From NCBI RefSeq assembly GCF_006345805.1, contig NC_042999.1, forward strand, positions 28,210,001-28,274,000: a stretch of 64,000 nt of DNA, given 5' to 3'. Shown here in pieces: positions 49,331 through 64,000 of the stretch; positions within the stretch are counted from its first letter, which is position 1, and the number at the start of each line of letters is the position of its first letter. Both the position numbers and the translations under genes were made by a program. Origin of the DNA: Octopus sinensis. Its lineage: Eukaryota. The notes beneath the pieces were generated by a model. The model did no database searches, was not told where the DNA came from, and saw only the letters and a program-made list of their open reading frames with translations.

Positions 49331-49803
49331 ATATGAATCTGATTTTATATATTTTAAAGATTATCTCAAACCAGTGCTAAAAACGTTTTACCACATTGCT
49401 GTTGGACTTTGTAACCCACTCTAAATTCCAAAATTATATAAAAATAGCTGCTTTTTTTCTTCTGTATTTGGCTCTCTTTCTCCTTTAGAAAATTGGAGGT
49501 TGGTGCTTTAAAACATATTCAAAACAAAGCATCCAACCAGAAATAGAATAATTTGGAAATATAATTGTGATAGCATTGTGTATTGTAATTTTTGAAAATC
49601 CATTTTGCAACCAGAAGTACAAATATGCGGACAAAAATCAAGATTAGTGGCTAAAATGGCCAAAACTTGCCAAGTTTATTTCGCCGCAGAGATGAGTTTT
49701 AATTATATTAATTAATTTAAAAAAACCATAATGTGTACTTATGTATGTGCGGTGTGTGTATGTGTGCATAAATATGAACATGTACATATGTAGATGTATT
49801 TGA

Positions 49804-49850
<47 letters not shown>

Positions 49851-52800
49851 CAATTGCCGTGTGAGTGTATAGTGTGCTCAAAAATCACTCTTTCAAAAAA
49901 CGGTTAAATCAAAAACATCTAGAATTTCAAACAAAAATAGTTGAACACATCCATCCAACCATTCTTTAATGAATATAAAAGAATACAAAAAAAGCAAGAC
50001 ACGGAAATGCAATTATGGTTTTTACTGAAGAAGTCAAAAACAACATCTGGTTTATCAATTAAAAACCTTGACCTGTTCAAATACAAAATTCTTTTTCTTC
50101 CCCACTCAAAATGTATTGAATTCTAAACAAACAAGTCTTACCAAACCAATACAAAAGCCACACCTCTTTACCTCCCCTCCTCAAACTATTTTGTCTTTCT
50201 TTTCTCTTGCCTGGCAAACCCCACAATATTTCATATATAAAAAGGCAAAGATATCTAACTTAAAACCACTTTTTGATAAAACCGATAACGGAAGAAACCG
50301 CTAAAAGCGTAAATAAAATGTGAAAAAAAAATGTATATAATTCTCCAACATTCTCACGACCATATTATTTTAAATATACAATGTCAGTACATCAGTTCAA
50401 AAACTCTCTCTATATGTATGTATGAATGTATGCCTGTATTTATGTATGTATGTATGTATGTATGTATGTATTATATATCTCTGTATTTATATACATATGT
50501 AATGTACTATTCCGTGATGGTATTCTATCTGTGAGAGATGAATATTATTTGATAGACTAGATGTTTTAATGTGCTACTAATAGTTTCCTGTGCTGAGAAC
50601 ATACCAAATAATGAATTATAACATGCATACCATCGACCCTAATATTTATTTCATATATACATATTTAAGCGAATTGACCCCAGTAATTCTTTCTTTAAAA
50701 GCCTGGTACTTATTCTGATGTTGTCTTTAGCCGAATCGCTAAGATATAGCAACGCATATCTTATATGGATGGAAATGAATATCCCAGACTTCATTTGGGT
50801 AGTTCATTTCCATGTATCTAATCGGGCAGGTGAAAATCCTGTTCATTCAATATTTATATTTATCTTCCACTTCTGAGATCTGCGGTCCCGTATTCTCGGA
50901 TCATCGTCCCTCTTTTTGTAATGTACTTTTTACAAATATATAGAAGGCATTAAGTGTAGCTTTTGTAATGTCTACAGCACTGGTTTCTGCTGCTCTGTAT
51001 TGGTAATAAGCTTGTTTTAATTTGTAGTCGATTTCATCGAATTATTTTTTGAAATTAAGATTTTCGCAGTCAATACTTTCTTCATTTATATTGCTTGATA
51101 TTTTTGTTCTTCCTCGTATTTTATCCTTGGAAATTATATTTTTGTGAATGTTAGCCTTTTAGTATTATATATTATGCTATAAAGATAAATTTCTAAAATT
51201 ATCATTGAGAGGATTTCGGATCAGTTTATTGTATCATTGAGAAAAAATAGTGCTACATCGAGTTCGAGTACCCCTAAAAATATGTACAGCTGCAGTTTTT
51301 ACTGTATTAGTTTTATCACAGCAAACTTCACAGTATTGCTGCTTTTGGTTTGGTAGAGTATTATTTGTTTCATGAACGTATATTAGGAAGATCAACCATT
51401 TAGCATTGAGGAAATAAAAATAACTCAAGAAAATTGCATGATGCGTTGGTCCAGTTTAGTTAATGGCATTTCATCTTACTTTATCTTCAAAATAACCAGT
51501 TTGGCTTGGTACATCCACTGGACTATGTGTTGTACATATACTCTAATATAATTGCTTTGTTTGTATTATTAGTGTGTCTCAAAGTGTCATAAATCAAGAG
51601 AGCATGGCAGTATGAAAAAAAAAGTGAGGTCTTCACAGATGGACGTGACAAATCTATCACTACTTGTCTCTTTTCGCCTAGTACGAAGTACTTTACTATG
51701 TGTATTTCTGTACCGACTATGTTCGTAGAAACGTGTATGAAAGTAACATGCATATTCTTTTATAGCATATGGAAAATGTCTTACGAAGTCAATTTTATTT
51801 CTGTGATTGAGCTGTAACAGACTTCAACTTTTCAGCATTATTCGTAAGTATGCGTGTAGCATTTAGATTGGCGTCAGTATAATCTAACTTGGGTTAACTA
51901 TTTCTAGTTGTTTTGTTTGTCCTTACTCTTCTGACTGTATATGCTGCAGTCAAATCACGTACTGTAATAAAATTTGTATCATGGTTAAAAAAAAGGTTAC
52001 GAGCTCGTACATTTAAGCTTTTCAAAGAATAAAATAATGTGCACTCTTCAAATGTCGTTGGTGGTTTTGTTATTTTTTACAGATGATGTGCTACAATTCA
52101 GAGGAATCTCCGTGCGTCTTTGGTTTTATGGGGAAAAGCTACCCCGTTATCATATCTGTGTGAATGTTTGGGATAAGAAAATCAACTGATTATCCCGTTT
52201 ACTCATTGCTAGCAGCAATATCTTAGAATGTACGCGAACTTTGAGCTCTTTTGGTTTAATTTTATGGTGTCTTTGTTTTTAATATATATTTGAGGTCATA
52301 CCTTTCTTTCTAGTAATGTAGCCTGCACCTAATGGTCTTTTTATTTACACTCCTTTCAAAATTTCTATTTCATCGCTTTTTGCCATTGGTGGTGATACAT
52401 ATAATGAACTTAATCTGTGTGGTTCGTGTATCATTATAAAAACAAACTACAAACAACTAAACTTGCAAATAAGATGCTAATTACCAATGGGTAATTTATA
52501 AAGTCGATAAGTAAATAAAGGCTGTGAAGTTCACAACTTCATTTGTTATATGACCACAAATATGAATAATAGTCGATATCGGTTCAATATACATTTAGTA
52601 CAAGTCATAGATGTGACGCACTGCACTACGCAATACAAAACAGCACTAGGAAAATGTTAGTGGACGGCATATTTGTACTTTAGAAATAATAACAAAAGCA
52701 ATAGTTGTAACACAGCAAATTACTACAATACATATACCAATAACATATATCAGCCACAAACAGAATTACACTTCTGATTAATAATGTAAATTTCTGTCAA

Positions 52801-52928
52801 AATTCCAATTCTAGCGATCGTATCTGCACCAATTATACACATACAGAAAAAAACATACGCATCAACATTCGATAATATGTATGTATATCGCATGTACATG
52901 TAAATATATGTGTATGCAATTACATATG

Positions 52929-52998
<70 letters not shown>

Positions 52999-53074
52999 CA
53001 TACAAACACACACATGTATATATATACACACACATATATATATATATATGTATACGTATATATATATATACATA

Positions 53075-53449
53075 TATATACATACACACAAACACATACA
53101 CGCACACACACACACACACACATAAAAGAAATATATATATACGCACATACATATATGAATAATAAACGAATACATTCACATACATATTATGTACATATAC
53201 ATATATACTTATATGTACATAGAAAGAGAGACACACACTCTCACACACACACACATATGTATGTATGCATGTATGTAGGTATGTATGTATGTATGTGCCG
53301 TTATCATATAGAGGTGGACGGATATTTACAGCAATCAGTCCATTAGTTCGTTCGTTACCCTTTGCTTCATTTCCTCTCGTCACGCTGTTACGCTTAACGT
53401 TAGCTTCCCACTCACAATTAATACTTCACATCTATCGCTTCTCTCACGT

Positions 53450-53498
<49 letters not shown>

Positions 53499-54179
53499 GT
53501 GTGTCTTTCGCTTTCTCTCTCACCCCCTTCGTGCTGTATCTTAAATGTTCTCATCTTCTCTCTATCTGTCTGTTCTACTTCCTTTTTCCCCTTTCTGCTT
53601 TTACGTATTCATTCTCTCTCATTCATTCCCCTGTTTATGTTCGCTTATTTCTCGCTTTTATTAACGACAATCCTTATCTTATTGATGTATGCTTGCGGAA
53701 ACTGAATGTTTTCCTGGCAATTCTTTAGCATTTAGATCATTATCAAGTCTTATAGGCATTTTCTGGTTGGGTAACCATCAACTCTGTTGACGGCAACAAC
53801 AAATTGGAACACTCCTTATCTACCTATCACTTTAAAAGCATGACATAAATGACTAAATCATGTCCGTTTATTTTTCTCTGTTTCCTTTTAGTGTGGCATT
53901 GGTGAAAAAAAAAAGAAAAAAGTAAAATACGAAGTGAGCAAAACAATAAGAAAAACCACAAGAAGACTAAACAAAAATACGATTCACATAGGATTATGTA
54001 TTGAAATATCTGTTATAAATGAATAGCTACATTATCAAAGTTGATGTTCACTTTGATAATTGAACGAGTACAAATTACAAAGACGCATTCGATATTCCCC
54101 TTTATCCTGCATACATTTACACAGCTCCAACATGTGCTTGTATGTAGATACCTGTTGCTATTATATATATATGTATACG

Positions 54180-54210
<31 letters not shown>

Positions 54211-54213
54211 ATA

Positions 54214-54252
<39 letters not shown>

Positions 54253-54298
54253 TATATATATGTATATTTATATACATATATATATGTATATTTATATA

Positions 54299-54333
<35 letters not shown>

Positions 54334-54727
54334 TATATATATATATATATACATATATATACATACACACAAACACATACACGCACACACACACACACAC
54401 ACATAAAAGAAATATATATATACGCACATACATATATGAATAATAAACGAATACATTCACATACATATTATGTACATATACATATATACTTATATGTACA
54501 TAGAAAGAGAGACACACACTCTCACACACACACACATATGTATGTATGCATGTATGTAGGTATGTATGTATGTATGTGCCGTTATCATATAGAGGTGGAC
54601 GGATATTTACAGCAATCAGTCCATTAGTTCGTTCGTTACCCTTTGCTTCATTTCCTCTCGTCACGCTGTTACGCTTAACGTTAGCTTCCCACTCACAATT
54701 AATACTTCACATCTATCGCTTCTCTCA

Positions 54728-54781
<54 letters not shown>

Positions 54782-55457
54782 CTTTCGCTTTCTCTCTCAC
54801 CCCCTTCGTGCTGTATCTTAAATGTTCTCATCTTCTCTCTATCTGTCTGTTCTACTTCCTTTTTCCCCTTTCTGCTTTTACGTATTCATTCTCTCTCATT
54901 CATTCCCCTGTTTATGTTCGCTTATTTCTCGCTTTTATTAACGACAATCCTTATCTTATTGATGTATGCTTGCGGAAACTGAATGTTTTCCTGGCAATTC
55001 TTTAGCATTTAGATCATTATCAAGTCTTATAGGCATTTTCTGGTTGGGTAACCATCAACTCTGTTGACGGCAACAACAAATTGGAACACTCCTTATCTAC
55101 CTATCACTTTAAAAGCATGACATAAATGACTAAATCATGTCCGTTTATTTTTCTCTGTTTCCTTTTAGTGTGGCATTGGTGAAAAAAAAAAGAAAAAAGT
55201 AAAATACGAAGTGAGCAAAACAATAAGAAAAACCACAAGAAGACTAAACAAAAATACGATTCACATAGGATTATGTATTGAAATATCTGTTATAAATGAA
55301 TAGCTACATTATCAAAGTTGATGTTCACTTTGATAATTGAACGAGTACAAATTTACAAAGACGCATTCGATATTCCCCTTTATCCTGCATACATTTACAC
55401 AGCTCCAACATGTGCTTGTATGTAGATACCTGTTGCTATTATATATATATGTATACG

Positions 55458-55490
<33 letters not shown>

Positions 55491-55578
55491 ATATATATAT
55501 GTATATATATATATACATATATATATGTATATTTATATACATATATATATGTATATTTATATATATATATATATATAT

Positions 55579-55625
<47 letters not shown>
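53075..55625. repeat. Near-identical tandem duplication, period about 1277 bp
   Basis: Unique anchors repeat at an offset of 1277 (e.g. TTGATGTTCACTTTGATAATTG at 54041 and 55318); both outer ends lie in (TA)/(CA) microsatellite. Confidence 0.92.
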
Positions 55626-55647
<22 letters not shown>

Positions 55648-56782
55648 TACATATACATATATATACATACATGTATATGTATGTGTGTGTATATATTTGT
55701 GTGCATATAGATATGGATATGTATATATATATGTATATGTATATCCATTATATATACTTCTATGTGTGGTGTGATGGGGTTTGATGTAGTGTGATGCAGC
55801 GTGTTGTGAAAAATGTGCGTGTGCACGCGCATATGGGTGTGTGTACATATACATGTGCACTAACAAAATACCCGGCTTTGCTCAGCTTGAAAAGTAGCTA
55901 TGAAGGAACCATAATTGTTCTTAATGAAGGCATATTCTCGCTTAATAGGACACTATTGGATTTCTCTTGAAATGTTATCTTTCATGTAAGAAATGAAATT
56001 GTTTCCCCAACACGTTTATTGCATTCTGCTATTTTATGCACAGTATTGCAGATACACGCTCTAAATTTATTGTGCATTTTGTAATTAAAGCGCGTAAACG
56101 ACACATAGCTAATACAAGCATATTAAACAAGAACACAAGATTAAATGGAAATGAAACCAGTTATATTTCATTTGAAGCCGTTATTAAAGCAGATATAATG
56201 GTACACATAATTTTAAAAGCCTGGTGAAAAAAAACCGTTACTTTTAGTCTTTTGATATGCAGAAGCTTAATTGTCATATCCTTCTGGGGGTGATACAGGG
56301 TATCATTCTTCAGCAATCTAATATAAAGTATTCCCCTCTGTAGGCGCCACAGATTTCGACATTGGCTTATTGAGAATCTTCAAATGAATATGGACTTCGT
56401 ATTTCATGCAGAAGACGTGGAAAGAAGCTTGCTTTCATATTGAACCGATTATATAGTTATACTCTTTTCCATGTCAAGTTGGCTTTGAACAATTGTTTTT
56501 TGTTTTATTGTTTAACATTGCATTTTGTTCAATCTATAGAATGTACGAACCTGATAACTCAGTATAGTTTTTTTTTGCAAAGATTTCCTACAGGTACAGC
56601 TTAAAAGTGCTGCAAACGCTTTTTACAAGGAATCAGACTAGTTGGCCACTCTTTCATATCACATCGTGTTGATGTGCATAACATATCAACTATTTCATTG
56701 CGTCATATATACCATTACTGTGTCAGATCCCCTGTGACATGTTTGCAAATATATATATTTATTGAGTAATAGAACTGAACAT

Positions 56783-57344
56783 TAATGCTCAACATCACTT
56801 TGATCACTTTGACCGACCAGTCCGTCAGGCGTCCATTTGACACCGCTGGTCACAGCACGCTGTCCACTCCTCTCTGGATCGCGCCTTTCTCATCCACGTG
56901 ATCCCAATCGTCCTCTTGAAATCGTAATTCCACCGTCGTGGAGGTCTTCCGGGTGGTCTTTTCCGCTCACGCGGGTACCACTCGAGAACAGCGTGCGTCC
57001 ACCGATTATCGGTGAGCCGGGCGACGTGTCCAGCCCATCTATACTTGCTGCGTGTATATTCTGCGATGACATCTCTCACGCCGGACTTCTGTCTGATGAT
57101 CTTGCTACTTATGTGCTCTCTCAACGAGATACCAAGCATTGACCTTTCCATGGCTCATTGAACCGTTACTAGTAAGGGCCGGATGGAAGGCGTTCAATGG
57201 CATAAGGGATGTGCTCAAGGGAAGGTTGGGCAGGACCACCCGCGCCAACCTCATTAACAGTGCAGTTCTGCCTGCAATGTTATATGGTAGTGAAATATGG
57301 GCTACCACAAAGAAAGAAGAGCAAAGACTAGTAATACTCAACAT
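56783..57344 (-). mobile_element. RTE-clade LINE insertion with inverted 5' segment and 13-bp TSD
   Basis: The 3' part 56796-57173 (minus) encodes MERSMLGISL...RWAGHVAR...RPPGRPPRRW with a (TCAAAGTGA)2 tail. The upstream part 57174-57334 lies on plus (AGWKAF...VLPAMLYGSEIWATTK). TSD TAATGCTCAACAT / TAATACTCAACAT. Confidence 0.9.
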
Positions 57345-57399
57345 ATAAGCATAAAATATCTTGATCAGGATAAGGCAGTAGGAATATGTCCCTCTGTCA

Positions 57400-58760
57400 A
57401 TTTAATGCTGTGCAACGAAAGTTTGGAGGCCTCCATCCTCTGGTGCTCTTGTGTAAAATGGATAGCGTCTTCAGCTGTATGATTTTCTTTCAAAATTGTC
57501 TTGGAAACAATTTAGTATATTTCTTGTTTTCCATGCAATCTGAATTTCGATCGAACATTCCACATAAAACATGAACAATATTTAAGAGTGTTTTGTTCTT
57601 TCCAGGGTCTAGAATCTCTGAGTGAGTTTAGTTTTTATGTATGTAGCCGAATGATTTTCATGAGCCCTGAAGTAATTGGCTAGAAATTGAAGTATGAGGC
57701 AGGTTTTGAAGAATTTTACTATTTTGTGGTATTAAATGTAATATCTATCTTCTCCGTTCCCATAAAAAAGATATTGTGAATTATACGATATTTACATCTA
57801 TTTCATAATTTTGACCATCTTGCTTTTGTACTTTACAATGATGAGACTTGCCAGGTGCTGTTTCACTCAATATTACAATGATCTCATTATCAACAATTAC
57901 ATAAAATGGCATGAATATTTTCCAGGCTATTTCTTTCATTCATCAATGACAATTCAAAACTCTAAGGCGTGGAGATTGTAATGAACAATTGAAATTCTGC
58001 CAAAGAAGATATTTTCCTGGATTATTTCTTCAAGTTTAATATTCATGTAGAACCTTCAGCCTGGGGAGATTGTGGTTTAATAACGAATCTATCTCTTTAA
58101 ACCACGAATATGTATAATTAGAGAAGATTGGTCTGTTCGTTGGGAAAGGGTTGAAATGATGTTATCTGCTGATATATTTCTTATTGTCACTAAAAACTGT
58201 GCATGAAGCTTTTTGAGTGATAGCATTGGTTTGAATTAAAAATAGCAATATATTTTGTGGCGTTCTGAAAAATATGTTTGGGCTAAAGTAAATAATAGCA
58301 ACAAGAAGCTGTTTTAAAATCTCTTCTTCAGCAAAGACTCGTAGAATAATTTTGCAAGGGACCAGCACAGTGTAGTAATTACTTGTTTCCAAGTACGTAT
58401 CACAAATAATTTACGAGATTCCACAGAAACTATCTGGTTTTCAATCGTATAATCTTTTACAGCGTCATACTGCCAGGCAACTGTTACATTGCTCACTTTG
58501 TGATTGGTCAAACGTTAGTCTCTACTCGTCATGCATTTTGGACTTTCATCGTAGCCTGGTGATATTGAATGCTAGTATATCTCTTAACGAACTTCTCCAG
58601 TTTTCTACCTAAAACATGTTTGAAAGTATTCAGATCTCTTCGTGGCTCACACTCACTGCACGACATTTTAATTGACAATATTAACTTGTACTGTTTATAG
58701 TTGATACTCATCCATCTTTGTTTTGTAGTCCTCAAATCACATTTGTGCTTGGCAGCACAA
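57400..58760 (-). pseudogene. Possible very old L1/Tx1-clade ORF2 (RT) relic
   Basis: Scattered remnants NYYTVLVPCKIILRVFA (N.RPI.LL..DYKI..K..A), CFMWN and PEDGGL (P...GGL) in the expected order; weak. Confidence 0.35.
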
Positions 58761-59419
58761 AATGTATCAGACATTTTTCCTTAGAACTATTAAAGAAAAT
58801 ATCATTTGAAGCAAATCACCCATAAGAATATTAATATTGTTATCTTACAATATGAAACTTGCATCCAAATATTATCTTTTAACTTACCAATAATTTTCAA
58901 TGAATGCCATATCGTACCTGCATAATAACCAGCGCAGACTTCATTTATTAGTGTTCTACAAGTAGGTTTAATTAGCTTCATGTTTTTTTTTTATTTGGAA
59001 TTATTGATTTTATATTTGGAATTACTGTTTTTATATTTTTGCAAGAAAAGAAGGGGATAGAGGAAAGAAGCGAGATAAAAATCGTGCTGCTAGTATTAGA
59101 AGGAGAGAAATATAGAGGCAGAAAAGACAATGGCAGAGTGAGATAGAAAAGGAAAGGAAAAATCTAGAAGCGGCAAAAGCTCCAATAAAAAAAGGCAGCA
59201 TAATGGAATACGGAGGTTCAGCAATGTAGCTTCATACAAAAGGAAGCGGATGTGAAGAAGTACACACACACACATACACAGACATACTTTCACACACACA
59301 CGGCTGTTTGCATAGCTACTTCTTCCTCGTCTGTATGATGCTATCATTTACACATTCGCTGTCACCTGATTGCTGAATCCCGATGTTTCATTATTCTAGA
59401 TTTGCCGCTTCCAAAGCAG

Positions 59420-60030
59420 CGATCTGGCAGAAACGTTAGCACGTCGAGCGAAATGCTTAGCGGCATTTCGTCTGCCGCTACGTTCTGAGTTCGAATTCCT
59501 CCGAGGTCGACTTTGCCTTTCATCCTTTCGGGGTCGATTAAATAAGTACCAGTTACGCACCTGGGTCAATATAATCGACTTAATCCGTTTGTCTGTCCTT
59601 GTTTGTCCCCTCTGTGTTTATCCCCTTGTAGGTAGTAAAGAAATAGGTATTTCGTCTGCCGTTACGTTCTGAGTTCAAATTCCGCCGAGATCGACTTAGC
59701 TTTTTCAACCTTTCGGGGTCGATAAATTAAGTACCAGCTACGCATTGGGGTCGATGTAATCGACTTAATCCCTTTGTCTTTATTTATCCCTGCTATGTTT
59801 TAGGCCCTAGTGGGCAATAAAGAAATAAGAAACGTTAGCACGCCGAGCGAAATGCTTAGCAGTATTTGATCTCTCTTTATGTTCTGAGTTCAAATTCCGC
59901 TGCTGCAGTCGACTTCGCCTTTCATCCTTTCGCGGTCAATAAATTAAGTACCAGTTGCGTACTGGAGTCGATCTACTCGACTGGCCCACTCAATCAAAAA
60001 TTTTGGGTCTTGTGCCTAGAGTAGAAAAGC
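59420..60030 (+). mobile_element. SINE family B array: head, two units, second partial head, unit and tail
   Basis: Direct comparison with 38341-38940 and 41036-41431. Confidence 0.9.
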
Positions 60031-60859
60031 ATATTTGTCGCTTCTAGTTTTGCTTTTTCCTTTATTTCTATCTCTTCCATTGTGTTTTCCCTTCCTTCAT
60101 GTCTTTCACTCTAAAGTTTTCAGCCTGCCTTTTACCTCCATGCATAGTCATTCTCTATAAAAGAACATGAACCCCCTTGCAAATAATTCCAATTGTAATT
60201 TCTAATGTCTTGGGTCGTGACTATTAAGGAAACAGCCACCAATGTAGCAAGACCCAGCTTATATCTAGAAACTGAAGGCCATTGAAATAAGGTGATGCTG
60301 CAATCACGAGAGGAGAATTACGATTGCTTCCATCTATACTGCACTTCTGTAGCTTCAAGAGCAAGGAAACTACGGAAACGAAGAATGTTACATTGTTAAA
60401 AATTGGCGTTATATTCTGACGGATGTAACGAAATATCTGCCGTCTGCTTACGAGATGCAATCGACTTTCTTTGCATTACTTGCATTTTATCGTGACAAAC
60501 GCTTGTCTTTTGAATAATCAATATCATGCGATATCAACAACAACTTGCAACTCACATTCTATACAATTTCCACATTATAATATTACAAAATCCAAACATG
60601 CTTTACAGCAATTCTCTAACTAGTATATGTCTGAGACTAAATCACATAACACCAGTGACAAACAATGCACGATACATACAAACCATCCATCAAAATAAAG
60701 CAACACCCATTTTACTTAATCTATACAACAAGAAAATAAATTATCTGCAAGAACGAAGCAAATCCATCAGCAAAGCTAATGTAATATACAAGCAAAGTTC
60801 TACATGCACTAAAGACAACACTGCACACATTTCAAGTTAACAGAGTTAAATCAGTTGCA

Positions 60860-61462
60860 AATATGGTGATAAATAATGGTTTCGAATTTTGGCACAAAAA
60901 GGGAATAAGTCAATTACATGAACTTATTTTATCGACTGCAATTTGAAAGGCAGAGTTCTGGGCGGAAGACGAAATCAGGAAGTAAAGAGCTGGAAGAAAT
61001 AACACTTCGTATTTCTTTCCGACGTGTTAACGATTCCACCAACTCACTGTCTTAATGATGATAAAATAATTCTTACAAAAGTACTTGTCCATAAATTTTA
61101 GAGAGTTTAGTTGTTATTTTATCGACCCTAAACGGATGAAAAACGAAACTGGCCTTGCCTGGCTTGAATTAGGAAATCAAAGAGCCGGAACAAATACTAT
61201 AAGATATTTTGTTTGACATTCTAAAAATTCTGCCAATCCACGACCATTTAATTGTTTCTGATTTACGTACAATTTTGGCTCCCTATTCGGAGAAGGGTAA
61301 GTCAATTATACCAGTTTACTACTGGGGGTTTATTATGGATTGGCACTTCATTTTATCGCCTGTGTAGGTGAGGAAAACCAAAGCTGGCCTCGACAGGATT
61401 TGAATTCAGAATGTAAAGAACAGGAATAAATATTGCAAGTATTTTACAGATTCTACCATTAC
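60860..61462 (-). mobile_element. Three old, diverged SINE family B-like copies
   Basis: Recurrent ACTTATTTTATCG...GAAAGG...GAATTTGAA.TCAG...GTAAAGAGC.GGA motifs. Confidence 0.55.
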
Positions 61463-61475
61463 ACGTTCTTTGTTA

Positions 61476-61499
61476 TGAATAATAATAATAATAATGATG

Positions 61500-61554
<55 letters not shown>

Positions 61555-61592
61555 TAATAATAATAATAATAATAATGATAATAATAATAATG

Positions 61593-61646
<54 letters not shown>

Positions 61647-61715
61647 GTAATAACAACAACAACAAAAACAACAACAACAACAATAATAATAGCAACAACA
61701 ACAGCAGCAGCAAAA
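61476..61715. repeat. (AAT)n-(AAC)n tract
   Basis: Direct reading. Confidence 0.95.
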
Positions 61716-64000
61716 ATCAACAACACAAATATTAATATTAAAGCAGCTCTATCTCTACAGATTCTCTTAATAAAGTAAATATTTAGTTGTTTTACCCCGT
61801 TATCACTGCAGCTTGGGCTGTCTTCAAAAAGATATAATTTTTATCAAAGAATATAAAATGTTAGACTCATAACTTGTGCATTTATTCTGTAACTTGGTCT
61901 CTCTTTATAAAGGAATCTAAAGATATATATGGCGTTCATTATTCCAGAGAATCTGAGATTACTTTGGTTATGCTTCTGTTGATTGATCTATTTGGTTTTA
62001 TCATCACTAAAAATATGCCACGAAAGAATATTATACATTTATTTATTTTTTTCGTGGATATACTATGTTTGTTTCTTAAAAATATGCTAATATATTTAGC
62101 TAAAACGAGAGAAAAAAAAAGATTCTCCTTAATGGATATTAAAACCTTCTGGCTTACCATTATATTTAAGGTGTTCAAACAAAACAAAACAAAACAAAAT
62201 CAAAAGCAAAAACAACAGATTAACAAAATGGAGCGTTAGGCACAAAATGTGCTGTGGTGTTTATCAACATTGTAGCATGATTCTGATTTCAAATCCCACA
62301 TATGTCAACTTTGGTTTTCATCCTTCCCAGGTAAAAAAAGCAAAGTATCATAATATAATGACCCACTTTGTCCCACATGTCACTTCGCAAGGCGTGATAG
62401 TGTGATTTTGAAGAAATCAGGCTGCTATCTCTCAAAGGTCAAGTGACTATGTAGAGGTTTGTTGCTTGATGCGACAGAGCAGGTCTTTGGTATATATAAA
62501 ACCGTCATTGTGGTAGTGATGATGGGAAATACATAGTAACAAGAGAGAGAGAGAGAGGGAGGGAGGGAGAGAGAGTAAGTGATTAGGACAAGAGACAGAT
62601 AGATAGACTGTATGGGATTAAAAAAGAGAAATCTAGAAAATAATCTTCCTGTTCATTTTCCCGTTCTATTTTAGTTAGTTAGAGAGGTGGAGTAAAAGTG
62701 AGAGAGAAAGAAATGGAAGAGTGCGAAAAGAGATGAAAGTGAGGAAGAGGTAGAGGAAAGATGTATAAGACCAAATGCGTTACGTGTTTAGTTGAAAGGA
62801 GAAGTGAAGAGCGAGAAAGAAAGCGAGTGAGAGGAAAGAAGGGGAGAGGGAATAAAGAAAGAGCGAAGTGTTACCGACGTGCTGTAGGATGGAGAGGGAA
62901 AGGTAAAGAGAAAGCGATATGTTTAGGATACAATATTTAGTTGGGGGTGATGTTCTGGTGATGAGGTTAAATAAAGGCAAATAGAGAGACATAAGAAGAG
63001 GTGGCAAATAGTGTGTATATTGTCAAAGTAGAGATCATCGACTGTAAGGAAAAGTAGATGTATACAAACAGCTGGACTAAAATGAAATGAGCTTTGTAGC
63101 TGAAAACTATAGAGATGACGATAGTGGTGGTGGTGTGTTGCTAGTGAAAAGTTTTTTTATTGAACTAAGCGTATAATAGTATTCTTCTATAGGTTCGTTC
63201 ACAACCTACGCTTTAATTTTTTTAGAGAGGAGGATGTGGAGTGGTAGAGAGAAAGAGGGAATGTGAGAGTGAGTGAGAGAGGAAGATGGAAAGTGTGAAT
63301 AAATGAGAGAGGAAGAGAGAATGTGCGAGTGAGCGAGAGAGCAAATAGCCAACCGGAACTTTATATTGTCACTTAGTGGTCAATGGAAGTGAGAAATGAA
63401 GAGAAAGAGAGAAATATAAAATGCTTAGCTGAGGGGAATTTTAAACGCATATAATATATTTTGTAACTGGAAGTGGAACATCTAAGCAAAATAGAAATAA
63501 AAATTCATATGATCTTTTCTTCTCTTAATTTATTTTTTTCTGTGAAATTTCCACTATATAGAGGAGGACTAATAATTATGCCAAGTTTCGTTTATCTCTG
63601 TCCTTGCGAAGTAGACCAGGGGAAATTTTGCTTATTACATCCTCGTAGCTAGATGTAATAATGCGTTGGGTAAAAACAAAACAAATATTGATTTAATTAA
63701 TTCATGAAGTAAAGGGAAAAAATACAGACTTTAGAATTTTCTATGACTTCATTAGCGAGACAAAGATTTTACTTTGTTTAATAAAGTATTTATGTGGGCA
63801 GAGTAATTGGCTTTACAAGAACGTATGTAAGTTATACAGAACTGGTCAAGTTGAAATAATATTTCACGACTGTTCCACGCTGCTTAGACGATTGCTTTCA
63901 TTAATCGAGCAAACCTAGGATCTGCAAATGTAATCATTCCATCTTTTTGCCAATCTGGGAATGGATTTCAATGTGCTTTTTTCACTTTTTTTTTGAAATT

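Noticed and set aside
50780-52400. Possible additional very old Penelope RT relic on the minus strand
   Set aside because: Only vague motif echoes; too decayed to call by eye. A profile HMM search would settle it.
52750-55866. Many [12 protein letters not shown] ORFs here and across the window
   Set aside because: They are translations of (TA)n, (CA)n and (TACA)n microsatellites.

Overview
AT-rich eukaryotic DNA with a repeat signature typical of octopod cephalopods (Octopus-like): dense (TA)n/(CA)n/(AAT)n/(GAA)n microsatellites and many tRNA-derived SINEs. It is most likely intergenic or deep intronic. I can support no host protein-coding gene with confidence; almost all ORF-track entries are microsatellite read-through artefacts. 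The real coding-like segments are decayed transposons: a mini Ty3/Gypsy element with both LTRs, PBS, PPT and a 5-bp TSD (4684-6331); a piggyBac relic; a non-autonomous Helitron; three Penelope-like (PLE) relics; two RTE LINE pieces; an L1/Tx1-type ORF1 and a possible ORF2 relic; and a rearranged mariner. Two signals are not explained by the ORF track. (1) Small type-I hammerhead-ribozyme motifs (three different sequence families within 30.1-31.2 kb, more at 44.3 and 45.9 kb) sit in short direct, inverted or fold-back repeats bounded by (TA)n, consistent with non-autonomous Penelope/retrozyme-like elements. (2) An RTE LINE insertion at 56783-57344 shows the full signature of a twin-priming 5' inversion. 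All family assignments come from motifs recognised by eye; no database search was run.
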